Shown here piece by piece: positions 48,711 through 57,242 of a stretch of 64,000 nucleotides of DNA. The stretch's first letter is position 1. The number at the start of each line of letters is the position of its first letter. The translations under genes were made by a program, and so were the position numbers. The notes beneath the pieces are model-generated. The model saw only the letters and a list, made by a program, of their open reading frames with translations, did not search any database and had not been told where the DNA came from. Source of the stretch: Patescibacteria group bacterium (GTDB lineage Bacteria; Patescibacteriota; Patescibacteriia; 2-12-FULL-57-11); contig SCUL01000001.1 in assembly GCA_004297205.1 (NCBI GenBank), positions 29,862 to 93,861 of the forward strand, read 5' to 3'.

Positions 48711-49625
48711 TTACCGCTTGAGGTATCTGCCGACCGCGATGCCGCTCGTGATGGTCGTGAGCGCGGCGGCGACCAGGAATTCGATGCCGAAGATGCGCCA
48801 ACCTTCGCGTTCGAAGAAGCCGAGCAGGTCGAACTGCGTGCCGTCGAAGAAGTTGCGGATGCTGGGGCCGACCGCGCCGGACAGCGGGAAGATCACGGCC
48901 GCGGCGATGAGCGTGCCGAGCAGGCTGTAGAGCAACGCCTCGATGATGTACGGCATGCGGATGAACCAGGCCGACGCCCCGACCAGCCGCATGATGCCGA
49001 TTTCTTCGCGGTGCGTGTAAATCGTGATGCGGATGGAGTTCCAGACGATCAGCAGCGAAATGATGGCGAACAGCGCGCTGACGCTGATCGCGGTGCGCTC
49101 GACCTTCTCGGAAATGCGGCGGATGCGGGCGATCAAGTCCCGGTGGTCGTCGAAGTTCTTTTCCTGGATGTACGGCGCATAGGACGGATGTTCGAGCGAC
49201 GCCAGGATGGCCGGGTAGTCGTTGGTGCTGCGTGCCTTCACGGCCAGCGACGGCCCGAGCGGATTCTTGCCGAGCTCGCTGACCGCGTTCTGGATGGCTT
49301 CGTTGTCGGGATGCCGTTCCTGCAGCTTACGCAGCGCTTCGTCGGCGCTCGTCACGGTCACTTCCATGACGCTCGGCTGCGCCAACAGCGACGACTTCAT
49401 GGCAGCCACGACTTCCTCCCCCGCCGTCGGCTTGAGATAGACGGAGACGGAAATGCGCTGCGAGACGGCGTCGAGTGCCACGCCCGCCAGGATGTTCAGG
49501 ACGAGCAGGATGTTCACGGAAATGAGCGCGAGCGCCAGGATGCTCGTCGTCACCACGGACAGCCAAAAATTCCGGACGAAGTCCTGGAGCGAGGCTTTGA
49601 TGACGCGGAAGAAGGAAATGAACAT
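48711..49625 (-). CDS. ftsX: Cell division ABC transporter permease FtsX
   Basis: 304 aa with 4 TM helices and a large periplasmic loop. Located directly downstream of ftsE. Confidence 0.88.
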   Translation of the reverse strand: MFISFFRVIKASLQDFVRNFWLSVVTTSILALALISVNILLVLNILAGVALDAVSQRISVSVYLKPTAGEEVVAAMKSSLLAQPSVMEVTVTSADEALRKLQERHPDNEAIQNAVSELGKNPLGPSLAVKARSTNDYPAILASLEHPSYAPYIQEKNFDDHRDLIARIRRISEKVERTAISVSALFAIISLLIVWNSIRITIYTHREEIGIMRLVGASAWFIRMPYIIEALLYSLLGTLIAAAVIFPLSGAVGPSIRNFFDGTQFDLLGFFEREGWRIFGIEFLVAAALTTITSGIAVGRYLKR

Positions 49626-49632
49626 GGTCCCC

Positions 49633-50325
49633 CTAGAGCAGATATTTGCCGACTTCCTGGTCGGACACCACCTGGCCGGCGTCCAGCGTGACGACGCGGC
49701 GGCGCAGGGTATTCACGACTTCGCGGTTGTGGGTCACGAGCAGCACGGTGGTGCCGAACTGGTTGATCTTAACCAGCAGGTCGATGATCTCGCGCGTGTT
49801 GATGGAGTCGAGGTTGCCGGTCGGCTCGTCGGCCACGAAAATCTTGGGTCGGTGGACGAGCGCGCGGGCGATGGCGGCGCGCTGCTTTTCACCGCCGGAC
49901 AGCTGGACCGGGTATCGCTGAGCCTTCTCTTCGAGCCCCACGATCTTCAGCACTTGCGGCACGACCGTTCGGATGCGCTTCATGGACGCACCGGAAACTT
50001 CCAGGGCGAAGGCCACGTTCTCGTAGATGGTCTTTTGCGGCAGGAGCTTGAAATCCTGGAACACGACGCCCATCTGGCGGCGTAACAGCGGGATGTCCTT
50101 TCCCTTGATCCGGGTCACGTCCCAGCCGCCGATCTCGATCCGGCCGCGATCCGGCCGCTCTTCGGCAATCAGGAGCTTGACCAGCGTGGTTTTTCCGGTG
50201 CCGCTCTGGCCGACGATGGAGACGAATTCTCCCGGGCGGATGCGCAAATTGACGTTGGTCACGCCCACGATGTCCGGATGGTACATCCGGCTCACGTCCT
50301 GAAATTGAATCATCGTGTCCGCCAT
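49633..50325 (-). CDS. ftsE: Cell division ABC transporter ATPase FtsE
   Basis: True start MADTMIQFQDV. Walker A GQSGTGKTT, ABC signature LSGGEKQR and Walker B IFVADEPTGNLD. The upstream 64 aa of the ORF are antisense translation of two tRNA genes. Confidence 0.92.
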   Translation of the reverse strand: MADTMIQFQDVSRMYHPDIVGVTNVNLRIRPGEFVSIVGQSGTGKTTLVKLLIAEERPDRGRIEIGGWDVTRIKGKDIPLLRRQMGVVFQDFKLLPQKTIYENVAFALEVSGASMKRIRTVVPQVLKIVGLEEKAQRYPVQLSGGEKQRAAIARALVHRPKIFVADEPTGNLDSINTREIIDLLVKINQFGTTVLLVTHNREVVNTLRRRVVTLDAGQVVSDQEVGKYLL

Positions 50326-50359
50326 GGGGATCCGGAGTTTTTTGCCGGCCTTCAAGATC

Positions 50360-50388
50360 TTGCTTAGCTGAAATAGCGGTGTTAGTAT
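50360..50388 (+). promoter_or_regulatory. Sigma70-like promoter for tRNA-Gly/tRNA-Thr
   Basis: TTGCTT - 17 nt - TAGTAT, ending about 33 nt before the tRNA-Gly 5' end. Confidence 0.4.
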
Positions 50389-50421
50389 AGCACACGCCGA
50401 AACCGGGCATAGCCCGCGCTC

Positions 50422-50495
50422 GCGGGTATAGTTCAATGGTAAAACGACTGCTTCCCAAGCAGTAGTCGCGGGTTCGATTCCCGCTACCCGCTCCA
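50422..50495 (+). tRNA. tRNA-Gly (anticodon CCC)
   Basis: Acceptor gcgggta/tacccgc, anticodon arm actgc-uuCCCaa-gcagt, T-arm gcggg-ttcgatt-cccgc, discriminator T, encoded CCA. Confidence 0.9.
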
Positions 50496-50512
50496 AGGGC
50501 ACGCTGCCGTTC

Positions 50513-50588
50513 GCCACCTTAGCTCAGCTGGTAGAGCAATGCTTTCGTAAAGCAGAGGTCCCGGGTTCGAATCCCGGAGGTGGCTCCA
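50513..50588 (+). tRNA. tRNA-Thr (anticodon CGU)
   Basis: Acceptor gccacct/aggtggc, D-arm agctcagctggtagagc, anticodon loop uuCGUaa, T-arm cccgggttcgaatcccgg, encoded CCA. Confidence 0.9.
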
Positions 50589-50622
50589 AAAGGACCGCAC
50601 CATGTGGTGCGGTCCTTTTGAT
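50589..50622. terminator. Bidirectional intrinsic terminator
   Basis: AAAAGGACCGCACCA-TG-TGGTGCGGTCCTTTTG. Confidence 0.65.
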
Positions 50623-50630
50623 TCACGCCT

Positions 50631-51245
50631 TTATTTCTTCATGAAATAAACCGTGACCTGCTGCGCATTGGCTGCTTCCTGCTGATAGATCTCATCGCCC
50701 AGCGCGCCGCGGAGTTTCTGCTGAAGCAGGTAGACGCGGATGACCCGGCGCTTGAACTCGGCTTCGGACCAACCGAACTGCTTGAGCATCTCCTGCAGCT
50801 CGGAGCCGCCCCGCGTCGCGGCGGCAAACTCGGCATCGACCTCGGCGTCGGTCACGACGATGCCGCGCTGGGCGGCGACCTGTTCAAACCACGCTTCCTG
50901 CACCAGCCGCGACAGGACGTTGGACTGGATCTGTTCGCGCGTCAGGTCCGCTCCCTGCACTTCCGGATGCGCCTCGCGGTAGGCCACGAAGGCATCGGTG
51001 TCGGACAACACGTCGCGCACCCAGACCGGGCGGCCGTCCACGATGGCCGCGGGAAACGGAAAGACGCCGGCGGCCCAGCCGCTCATGGTGCCGTGCCAGC
51101 CGCCGCTGTAGATGCCGATGGCAAAGGTCGCCATCACGCCGAGCAGCAGGATGAAAAGCCCGGCCGCCGTGGCCACCCACGGCGCCGGCGAGAGGCGCAC
51201 CTCGCGCGTCTCCGGCGGCATCTTTTTGTTCTCCCGTTCCGCCAT
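50631..51245 (-). CDS. Membrane-anchored hypothetical protein (SurA/PpiD N-domain-like chaperone?)
   Basis: N-terminal TM LFILLLGVMATFAIGI followed by a helical periplasmic domain. Family assignment is weak. Confidence 0.45.
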   Translation of the reverse strand: MAERENKKMPPETREVRLSPAPWVATAAGLFILLLGVMATFAIGIYSGGWHGTMSGWAAGVFPFPAAIVDGRPVWVRDVLSDTDAFVAYREAHPEVQGADLTREQIQSNVLSRLVQEAWFEQVAAQRGIVVTDAEVDAEFAAATRGGSELQEMLKQFGWSEAEFKRRVIRVYLLQQKLRGALGDEIYQQEAANAQQVTVYFMKK

Positions 51246-51248
51246 AGG

Positions 51249-51662
51249 TCAGGTGGAGGTGCGCAAGGTCTCCGGATCGAAGAAGAAAAGCCACCAGCGC
51301 TCGGCGTTGCTGTGATGGGCGCGGACCGGAACGGCACGGGCGGTGGAGCTTGCCGTCGCCGCGGCGCGTTCCACGACGACGACCGTCTCCCCCGGCTTCT
51401 GCAGGTTCAGTTTGAGCCGCGCCTCGCGCTCCAGGAAGCCGGAGGTCTCGAAACGCTTCAGGAGTTCCACCAACTCGACGTTGCGCGTTTCGAGCGAGCG
51501 CGCTTCGGCGTCCAGCCGCGCCAGGTCGGCGTCAATCGAGCGGTTGCGCAGGGACAGGCTGATCAGCCCGCTGCCGACAACGAACACGCTCAACGCGCCG
51601 AGGACGGCAAGCGTCCTGGCGTTCCACAGCCGTTGTGTCCAGCTCCGCGATCGCGTGCGCAT
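51249..51662 (-). CDS. Septum formation initiator family protein (FtsB/DivIC-like)
   Basis: Single TM followed by a coiled coil (DADLARLDAEARSLETRNVELVELLKR), about 137 aa. Confidence 0.6.
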   Translation of the reverse strand: MRTRSRSWTQRLWNARTLAVLGALSVFVVGSGLISLSLRNRSIDADLARLDAEARSLETRNVELVELLKRFETSGFLEREARLKLNLQKPGETVVVVERAAATASSTARAVPVRAHHSNAERWWLFFFDPETLRTST

Positions 51663-51691
51663 GCGTCAGTTGCCCCCTCACTATAGCAAAA

Positions 51692-52336
51692 TCAGCCCTG
51701 GTCGTCGCCTTCGGTCTCCGACGAAAAGTCGGCGAAGGCCTTCCGGCTGCGCAGATGGTCCACGTATTTTGCCACCGCCCGACGGTCTTCCGGGGCCAAG
51801 TCCTTCATGCGGCGATCCAGGTCCGGCAGCGATTCCGACGCGGCGTCGAGCTGCCGGCGGACGGCGTCCTGCGCCTCGGTGATGCGGGCACGCAGGGCGA
51901 AGGGGTGGGGAACGTGGCCGATTTCCAGGATGGCGGAGCTGCCGGCGGTCTGAATTTCGATGGCGCCGGTGCGGAAGGCGTAGTCAAGAAGGCCGTGTTT
52001 GTGCACGGAAATGTCCTGAATGCGGTCGAGGTCAGCCTCGGAGACCGTCCATTCGAAGAAGCCGTGGCGGTCCACGTCGATGACGCGATGCGTGGTGACC
52101 AGAAAGACGTTGGAAACCCAGAGCAGCCAGGCGCGCAGGGCGGCGATCAGGCAGAATCCCGCGACGAGCACGAAGATGATGCCGCCGAACACGCCGAGAC
52201 GGAACAGCTGCGACATGAAGAACGCGTCGAGCAGGAGCAGGCCGAACAGGAAGCCCAACGGCACCACGACCATCACGGCGTGGCGGCGGGCGTGCTGCAG
52301 GACTTTTTCGTTAGGACGAAGCGTGAAGCGTTCCAT
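51692..52336 (-). CDS. Membrane-flanked bacterial PH (bPH_2/YdbT-like) domain protein
   Basis: Two N-terminal TMs followed by a PH-like domain (...VTTHRVIDVDRHGFFEWTVSEADLDRIQDISVHKHGLL...). Confidence 0.55.
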   Translation of the reverse strand: MERFTLRPNEKVLQHARRHAVMVVVPLGFLFGLLLLDAFFMSQLFRLGVFGGIIFVLVAGFCLIAALRAWLLWVSNVFLVTTHRVIDVDRHGFFEWTVSEADLDRIQDISVHKHGLLDYAFRTGAIEIQTAGSSAILEIGHVPHPFALRARITEAQDAVRRQLDAASESLPDLDRRMKDLAPEDRRAVAKYVDHLRSRKAFADFSSETEGDDQG

Positions 52337-53681
52337 AGCGTTTGGCGATTTCTTCGCGAAGGATGGTACGGTCGTCCCAAGGGATCTTCCGTCCGCCGGA
52401 TACGGCCATGACCTGTTCCGCGCCTTTGCCGGTGACGAGCACCAGGTCGTCGGGCCGTGCCAGTTCCACGGCTTTGGCGATGGCGGCGCGCCGGTCGACG
52501 ATGTCGTAGAGCGTTTCTCCGGCGGTCTTTCCCTTCACCCCGACGATCACCTGGCGCGAGAGCTCCTGCGGATCGTCGTCATACGGGTCGTCGGTGGTGA
52601 CGATCACGATGTCGGCCCGCGACGAGGAGATCTCCCCCATCACCGGGCGGCGCGCCGCGTCGCGCCCGCCGCCGGTGGCCCCGAAGACGTGGATGATGCG
52701 GCCGGCCGGCTTTCCGACGGCTTCGAACAGCTGCCGGAACGATTCCGGCTCGTGGGCGTAATCAACGAACGCCGTGAACGGCTGACCCGACGCGACGCGC
52801 TCAAAGCGGCCGGGAACGCCGGTCACCGCGGCCAGCGCATCGACCGCGGTCTTCAAGGAAACGCCGAGCGCGGCTGCCGCGCCGAACGCGGCCAGGGCGT
52901 TCCAGACGGAGGCACTTCCCGGCATCTGCAGGCGCACGGCCGCGTCGCCGATGCGGAAGGAAACGCCGTCGGGTCCAAGGGCGATCTGCGTGGCCATCAG
53001 CCGCGTGTAGCCGGTCCGCAGGAAGGCGGGCGGGATGACGCAGCGCTCACAACCGTCCTCCACATGAAACGTGACCAGCCGGTCCGCAGGCATGTCCATG
53101 AAATGCGCCGCATCGGAAAAACACCCGTTGACCACGAACGTCCGCGGCACGACTTTGCCGCCGACCGCTTTGGGCGGACGCGTCGACACGGCCCGGAAGA
53201 GTTCGCGCTTGGCGTCGCGGTAGGCCTCAAAACTGCCGTGCGCCTGCAGATGCTCGGGCGTCAGGTTGGTGATGAGCGCCAGGTCGTAGGCGATGCCGCG
53301 GTGGCGGTGCTGCAGGATGCCCTCGGACGACGTCTCGATGACGGCATGCGTGCAACCTGCATCGACCATGTCCTTGAGCAGCTTCTGCAGCTTGAAGCGC
53401 CCCAACATCGTCATTTTGTAACGGTTCAACTCCTCGTGCTCCCCCACCTTGATGAGCGCGGTCGTTGCCAGGCCCACCTTGTGGCCGGCCTTTTCCAGGA
53501 TGCGGGCGATGAGCACGCTGGTGGTGGTCTTGCCTTTGGTCCCGGTCACGCCGACGACGACCATGCGCCGCGACGGGTAGCCGTACAAAAAGGCCGCCGC
53601 TTCGGCCAGGAAACGGTGGTACCAGAGGAGCGCGGCCGGCGGTACCAGCGGCCGCACCCAGGATTTCAGGCGTCCTATCAT
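52311..53681 (-). CDS. Mur ligase family protein (MurE/MurF-like UDP-MurNAc-peptide ligase)
   Basis: VGVTGTKGKTTT P-loop, Mur ligase middle domain and DYAHEPES-like C-domain. Short N-terminal region. Confidence 0.8.
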   Translation of the reverse strand: MIGRLKSWVRPLVPPAALLWYHRFLAEAAAFLYGYPSRRMVVVGVTGTKGKTTTSVLIARILEKAGHKVGLATTALIKVGEHEELNRYKMTMLGRFKLQKLLKDMVDAGCTHAVIETSSEGILQHRHRGIAYDLALITNLTPEHLQAHGSFEAYRDAKRELFRAVSTRPPKAVGGKVVPRTFVVNGCFSDAAHFMDMPADRLVTFHVEDGCERCVIPPAFLRTGYTRLMATQIALGPDGVSFRIGDAAVRLQMPGSASVWNALAAFGAAAALGVSLKTAVDALAAVTGVPGRFERVASGQPFTAFVDYAHEPESFRQLFEAVGKPAGRIIHVFGATGGGRDAARRPVMGEISSSRADIVIVTTDDPYDDDPQELSRQVIVGVKGKTAGETLYDIVDRRAAIAKAVELARPDDLVLVTGKGAEQVMAVSGGRKIPWDDRTILREEIAKRYGTLHASS

Positions 53682-53690
53682 GGTCTGATC

Positions 53691-55085
53691 CTACAGCCCC
53701 GCGACCGCTTCGCGGAAGCGCTCCCCGCGGTCGAACTCGTTTTTGAACAAGCCGAAGCTGGTGCAGCCCGGGGAAAGCAGCACGGTGTCGCCCCGTCCGC
53801 CGATGCCCGCGGCGAGCGTCACGGCGGCGTCCATGGAGTCGGCCGAGAAGGCCGGCATGCGGATCCCCTGCGTGCGGAACGCCGCCACCATCTTGTCGGT
53901 GCCGGATCCCGGCAGCAGGATCATGGTGCGCACGGCGCGGCGGACGGCCTTGGGAACGTCCCGGAAATCGAGGTTCTTGTCGGTGCCGCCGGCGATGAGG
54001 ACAAGATGTTTCTTGCTGCCGAAGGTGGCGAGCGCGGCAAGGAGCGCGTCCGGCGTGGTCGCCGTCGTGTCGTTGACGAAGCGGACGCCGCCGATCCGTG
54101 CGACGGTTTCCTGACGATTCGGCAGGCCGCGGAACGACTTCAGCGCCTTTCGAATGCCGGCGTCGGTCGCACCGGCGGCGATCGCCGCCATGGCTGCGGC
54201 GGCTGCGTTGGCACGGTTATGTTCTCCGGGGAGGGGCATCGACTTCAGGTCGGCAACGATGCGTTCTTTGCCGTTTTCCCGGACGATCAAGCGCGAACCG
54301 CGCAAGAAGGCGCCGTTCTCTTCCGGAAACGGCGCGGCCGACCACCAGTAGCGTCGGCCGACGACGCGCGCGCCCATCTTGCGCGTCCACGTGTTGTCAC
54401 GGCCGACCACCGCCGCGCTCGTCAGCGACTGGAACGAGAAGATGCGTTCCTTGGCCGCGGCGTAGGTCTTCATGTCCGGGTAAAAATTTAGGTGGTCGCG
54501 CATCAGGTTGGTGATGACGGCGACCTGCGGCGCACGGCGGTCGGGACCGAGCGTCTCCGTCAGGAAGCTGGAGAGCTCGAGCACCACCCGATGCCCCGGC
54601 TTCACGCGATGCAAAAAGGACAGAGGCGACACGAGGATGTTGCCGCCCAACCATGTCCGGTATCCCGACGCTTCGAGCATGGCTGCCGCAAGCGCCGAAG
54701 TCGTGCTCTTACCGCGCGTGCCGGTGATGCCCACGACCGGCGCCGGACAGGCCTCCAGAAACAGCGACACGTCCGAATGGACGGGAATGTGGCGCCGCTT
54801 GGCCAGCTCAAGATAGGGCGAGTGCCATGGCACGCCCGGATTGCGGACGATCAGGTCGGCGCGCAGGAAATCCGACCTGCGGTGCTTCCCCAGGACGAGC
54901 GTCACGTTGCGCTTCCCGCGCAGCTGCCGGACGGTGGCGGCCACGCGGTCGGCGGTTTTCATGTCCGTGACGGTGACGCGCGCGCCCCGTTTGGCGAACC
55001 ACAAGGCTGCGGTCACGCCGGACCCCTGGGGAAACTGGCCGAGTCCGAAAATCAGGACGCGCTTTCCGGTCCAGCGGGTCTTCAT
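53691..55085 (-). CDS. murD: UDP-N-acetylmuramoylalanine--D-glutamate ligase
   Basis: Start MKTRWTGKRVLIFGLGQ (Rossmann N-domain), GITGTRGKSTT P-loop and MurD-like C-domain. Confidence 0.88.
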   Translation of the reverse strand: MKTRWTGKRVLIFGLGQFPQGSGVTAALWFAKRGARVTVTDMKTADRVAATVRQLRGKRNVTLVLGKHRRSDFLRADLIVRNPGVPWHSPYLELAKRRHIPVHSDVSLFLEACPAPVVGITGTRGKSTTSALAAAMLEASGYRTWLGGNILVSPLSFLHRVKPGHRVVLELSSFLTETLGPDRRAPQVAVITNLMRDHLNFYPDMKTYAAAKERIFSFQSLTSAAVVGRDNTWTRKMGARVVGRRYWWSAAPFPEENGAFLRGSRLIVRENGKERIVADLKSMPLPGEHNRANAAAAAMAAIAAGATDAGIRKALKSFRGLPNRQETVARIGGVRFVNDTTATTPDALLAALATFGSKKHLVLIAGGTDKNLDFRDVPKAVRRAVRTMILLPGSGTDKMVAAFRTQGIRMPAFSADSMDAAVTLAAGIGGRGDTVLLSPGCTSFGLFKNEFDRGERFREAVAGL

Positions 55086-55086
55086 A

Positions 55087-55752
55087 TCAGAAAGCGCCGC
55101 GGCGGGCCGCCAGCCGCACGGCAAGGTAGGCCCAGGCCACCTGCTTGAACATCTTCACATATTCCACGATCCCGCGAACCACGCCGAATTTGGCGATCTT
55201 GCGGCGGATGTCGAGACCGGAGAGCTGCACGCTTCCGTACGGGATGCCGCGGCGTCGGCAGGCGTAGTTCAGGGCGGCCTCAAGCATGAATCCCTGCAGA
55301 TACTTGTCTGGAATCCGCTCAAAAATCGAACGCTGCAGCGCCCGCTCGCCGCCGATCAGCGGCAGGTGCGGCTGAATGCGCATCATCCAGCGGCCGCGGT
55401 CGCGCAAACCCACGCACATCCCCTTCTCCCCGGAGAGCACGGGGTCGAGGATGGTACGGATGTGCTGGACGGTCAGCCCGATCAGATCGGCGTCGCAGAA
55501 AAAAAGCACCGGCGCGTCGGTGTGCGCCACGCCATGCTGCACGGCCTTGCCTTTGCCGGCGCGGATCGGCAGCTCATGGACGAGCGTGGCCCCGGCGGCG
55601 CGGGCGCGTTCCGCGGTCGCGTCGGTGGAACCGTCGGAGATGACGACGATCTCGGAAATCAACGGTGAAGCACGCAGGGCGCTCACCACGTCCGCGATGG
55701 TCTTCTCCTCGTTGTAGGCGGGCACAACGGCCGCGACGGCAGGTCTCGGCAC
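55087..55752 (-). CDS. Glycosyltransferase family 2 (small, DPM/GtrB-like)
   Basis: AAVVPAYNEEKTI...VVISDGSTDAT...FFCDADL (DxD). Confidence 0.8.
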   Translation of the reverse strand: MPRPAVAAVVPAYNEEKTIADVVSALRASPLISEIVVISDGSTDATAERARAAGATLVHELPIRAGKGKAVQHGVAHTDAPVLFFCDADLIGLTVQHIRTILDPVLSGEKGMCVGLRDRGRWMMRIQPHLPLIGGERALQRSIFERIPDKYLQGFMLEAALNYACRRRGIPYGSVQLSGLDIRRKIAKFGVVRGIVEYVKMFKQVAWAYLAVRLAARRGAF

Positions 55753-55761
55753 AAGGATGCG

Positions 55762-56331
55762 TCAACGCAGCGAGAGGTCGTACAGGATTTCCTCGAGCTT
55801 GCGCAGGTTGGTCTTCAGCTGGTCGAACTTGTTGCGCATGTGCCCGGTGATGTTCATCTTGATGAGCTCCTGGGCGACGGCCTCCACCGCGGCGTGCGCC
55901 CGGCGGACTTCCTTCTCATCCCCGTTCGTCGCCGCTTTGACGGCGTAACGCACCGCTTCCCCGGTGAAGTCCATGACGCCGCCGAGATAAGCGTCCTCGT
56001 CGATGGCCGGCGCGTCCACGGCGCCGATCTTTTTCCGTTTCAGGAAGTCCAGGAACAGGCGCGCTTCGGCGTATTCCTCGAGCGCGGCGCGGTACGAGCC
56101 TTCATCCGAGAGGCCGACCGTCCGCTTGAAGCGTTTGGCGAGCATCCCGAGCAGGCGCTCGGCATGGGAGAGCAACCGCTCCCCGCCGGCCAGGTCGCCG
56201 CGGTGGAACGCGAAAATCGCCTGCTTGGCGTCGGCCAGCACATCGCCGGAGAGCTTGATGGTTTCGCGCCGCTCGGCGTCGTAGCCGGCGTAGCGTTTGC
56301 GCAAACCGGCGAAAAAGACGGAGTGGATCAT
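55762..56331 (-). CDS. Translin-family protein (Pfam PF01997-like)
   Basis: KQAIFAFHRGD..., EEYAEARLFLDFL and YLGGVMDFTGEAVRYAV correspond to conserved translin blocks (KKAIFLLHR / EYVEA..F / YLLGVADLTGEL). Confidence 0.6.
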   Translation of the reverse strand: MIHSVFFAGLRKRYAGYDAERRETIKLSGDVLADAKQAIFAFHRGDLAGGERLLSHAERLLGMLAKRFKRTVGLSDEGSYRAALEEYAEARLFLDFLKRKKIGAVDAPAIDEDAYLGGVMDFTGEAVRYAVKAATNGDEKEVRRAHAAVEAVAQELIKMNITGHMRNKFDQLKTNLRKLEEILYDLSLR

Positions 56332-56380
56332 GCCCTCATCCTACCGGAAAAACCCCGAATAAAAAAGGTCCCGCGGAGAC

Positions 56381-57184
56381 TCACGTCTTCTGCGGGGAGC
56401 CGCCCGGGGGCGGCACGAAAGACAAGTTGTGCAGGCGATAGAAGTACTGTCGCGCACCCTCGAGCAGCACGCTGTCGAGGGCCTCGCAGCCCATGGACTG
56501 CGCATACATCTCCAGGTGCCGGACGTAGTCCATGACCTTCTTGAGGTCGCGGCCGAGCACGTGGCAATCGTGCCGGATGGCGTTGACGTCCACGATGTTC
56601 TCGACCAACGCGTACACGACGTGCGGATCGCCGTTCTCGTCGCGACAGCGGAGCGGAACCCGGAACGGGCCGCACTCGTCCTCCTCCTGCACCTCGGTCG
56701 TCTCGCGGAACTCCGCGAGGGCGTCGGCGTACGGAGCGATGAAGCCGTCCGATTCGCCGCTGAACTCCATGGCCCGGGCGAAGCTGCGCACCAGATCCGA
56801 GAACAGCCGTCCGTGCGCCTCGCAGGACGCGAGGTGGCCGGCGGCCGCATCGGCCGTGGCACAATCGAGGTAGCCGCGCGCGATCGGCTCGCCCGTGATC
56901 GGGCAGACGTCGCCGCAGGCCTCGAGCATCAAGACGAGGATGTGGTCCGCCACCGCGCGCGCGTCCGGAAGCCAGATCGATCCGTCCGGCGGAAATACCG
57001 GATGGAAGCGCACGAACGGGTGAAGCCGCTGCAGGGCGTCGCGCAGGCGATCGAGCGCCGACGACGCGCCTTGTCGGTTGCAGGCGTCGCGCAGCGTGGC
57101 CGGATAGCCCGTCACGCCGATGACCGTCTGCTCCAGGGCAGCCACCACGGAATCGCTCCGCGGTTTGATGTGTTCGCTACTCAA
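56381..57184 (-). CDS. Hypothetical Cys-rich cytoplasmic protein (267 aa), TTG start
   Basis: AAGGAGG followed 7 nt later by TTG, then SSEHIKPRSDSVVAALEQTV... The N-terminal 72 aa of the track ORF are spurious. Confidence 0.5.
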   Translation of the reverse strand: MSSEHIKPRSDSVVAALEQTVIGVTGYPATLRDACNRQGASSALDRLRDALQRLHPFVRFHPVFPPDGSIWLPDARAVADHILVLMLEACGDVCPITGEPIARGYLDCATADAAAGHLASCEAHGRLFSDLVRSFARAMEFSGESDGFIAPYADALAEFRETTEVQEEDECGPFRVPLRCRDENGDPHVVYALVENIVDVNAIRHDCHVLGRDLKKVMDYVRHLEMYAQSMGCEALDSVLLEGARQYFYRLHNLSFVPPPGGSPQKT

Positions 57185-57242
57185 CGCCGTACCTCCTTCT
57201 TGGGGGCGTCCTTTTCGAATATACGGAAGGGGGGTCGCACTG

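Noticed and set aside
49633-50517. The 294-aa ORF extending ftsE 64 codons upstream (MANGSVPLERVAGIEPATTAWEAVVLPLNYTRE...)
   Set aside because: The extension is the antisense translation of tRNA-Thr and tRNA-Gly (IEPATTAWEAV is reverse-complement tRNA sequence). The real ftsE start is MADTMIQFQDV at 50325.
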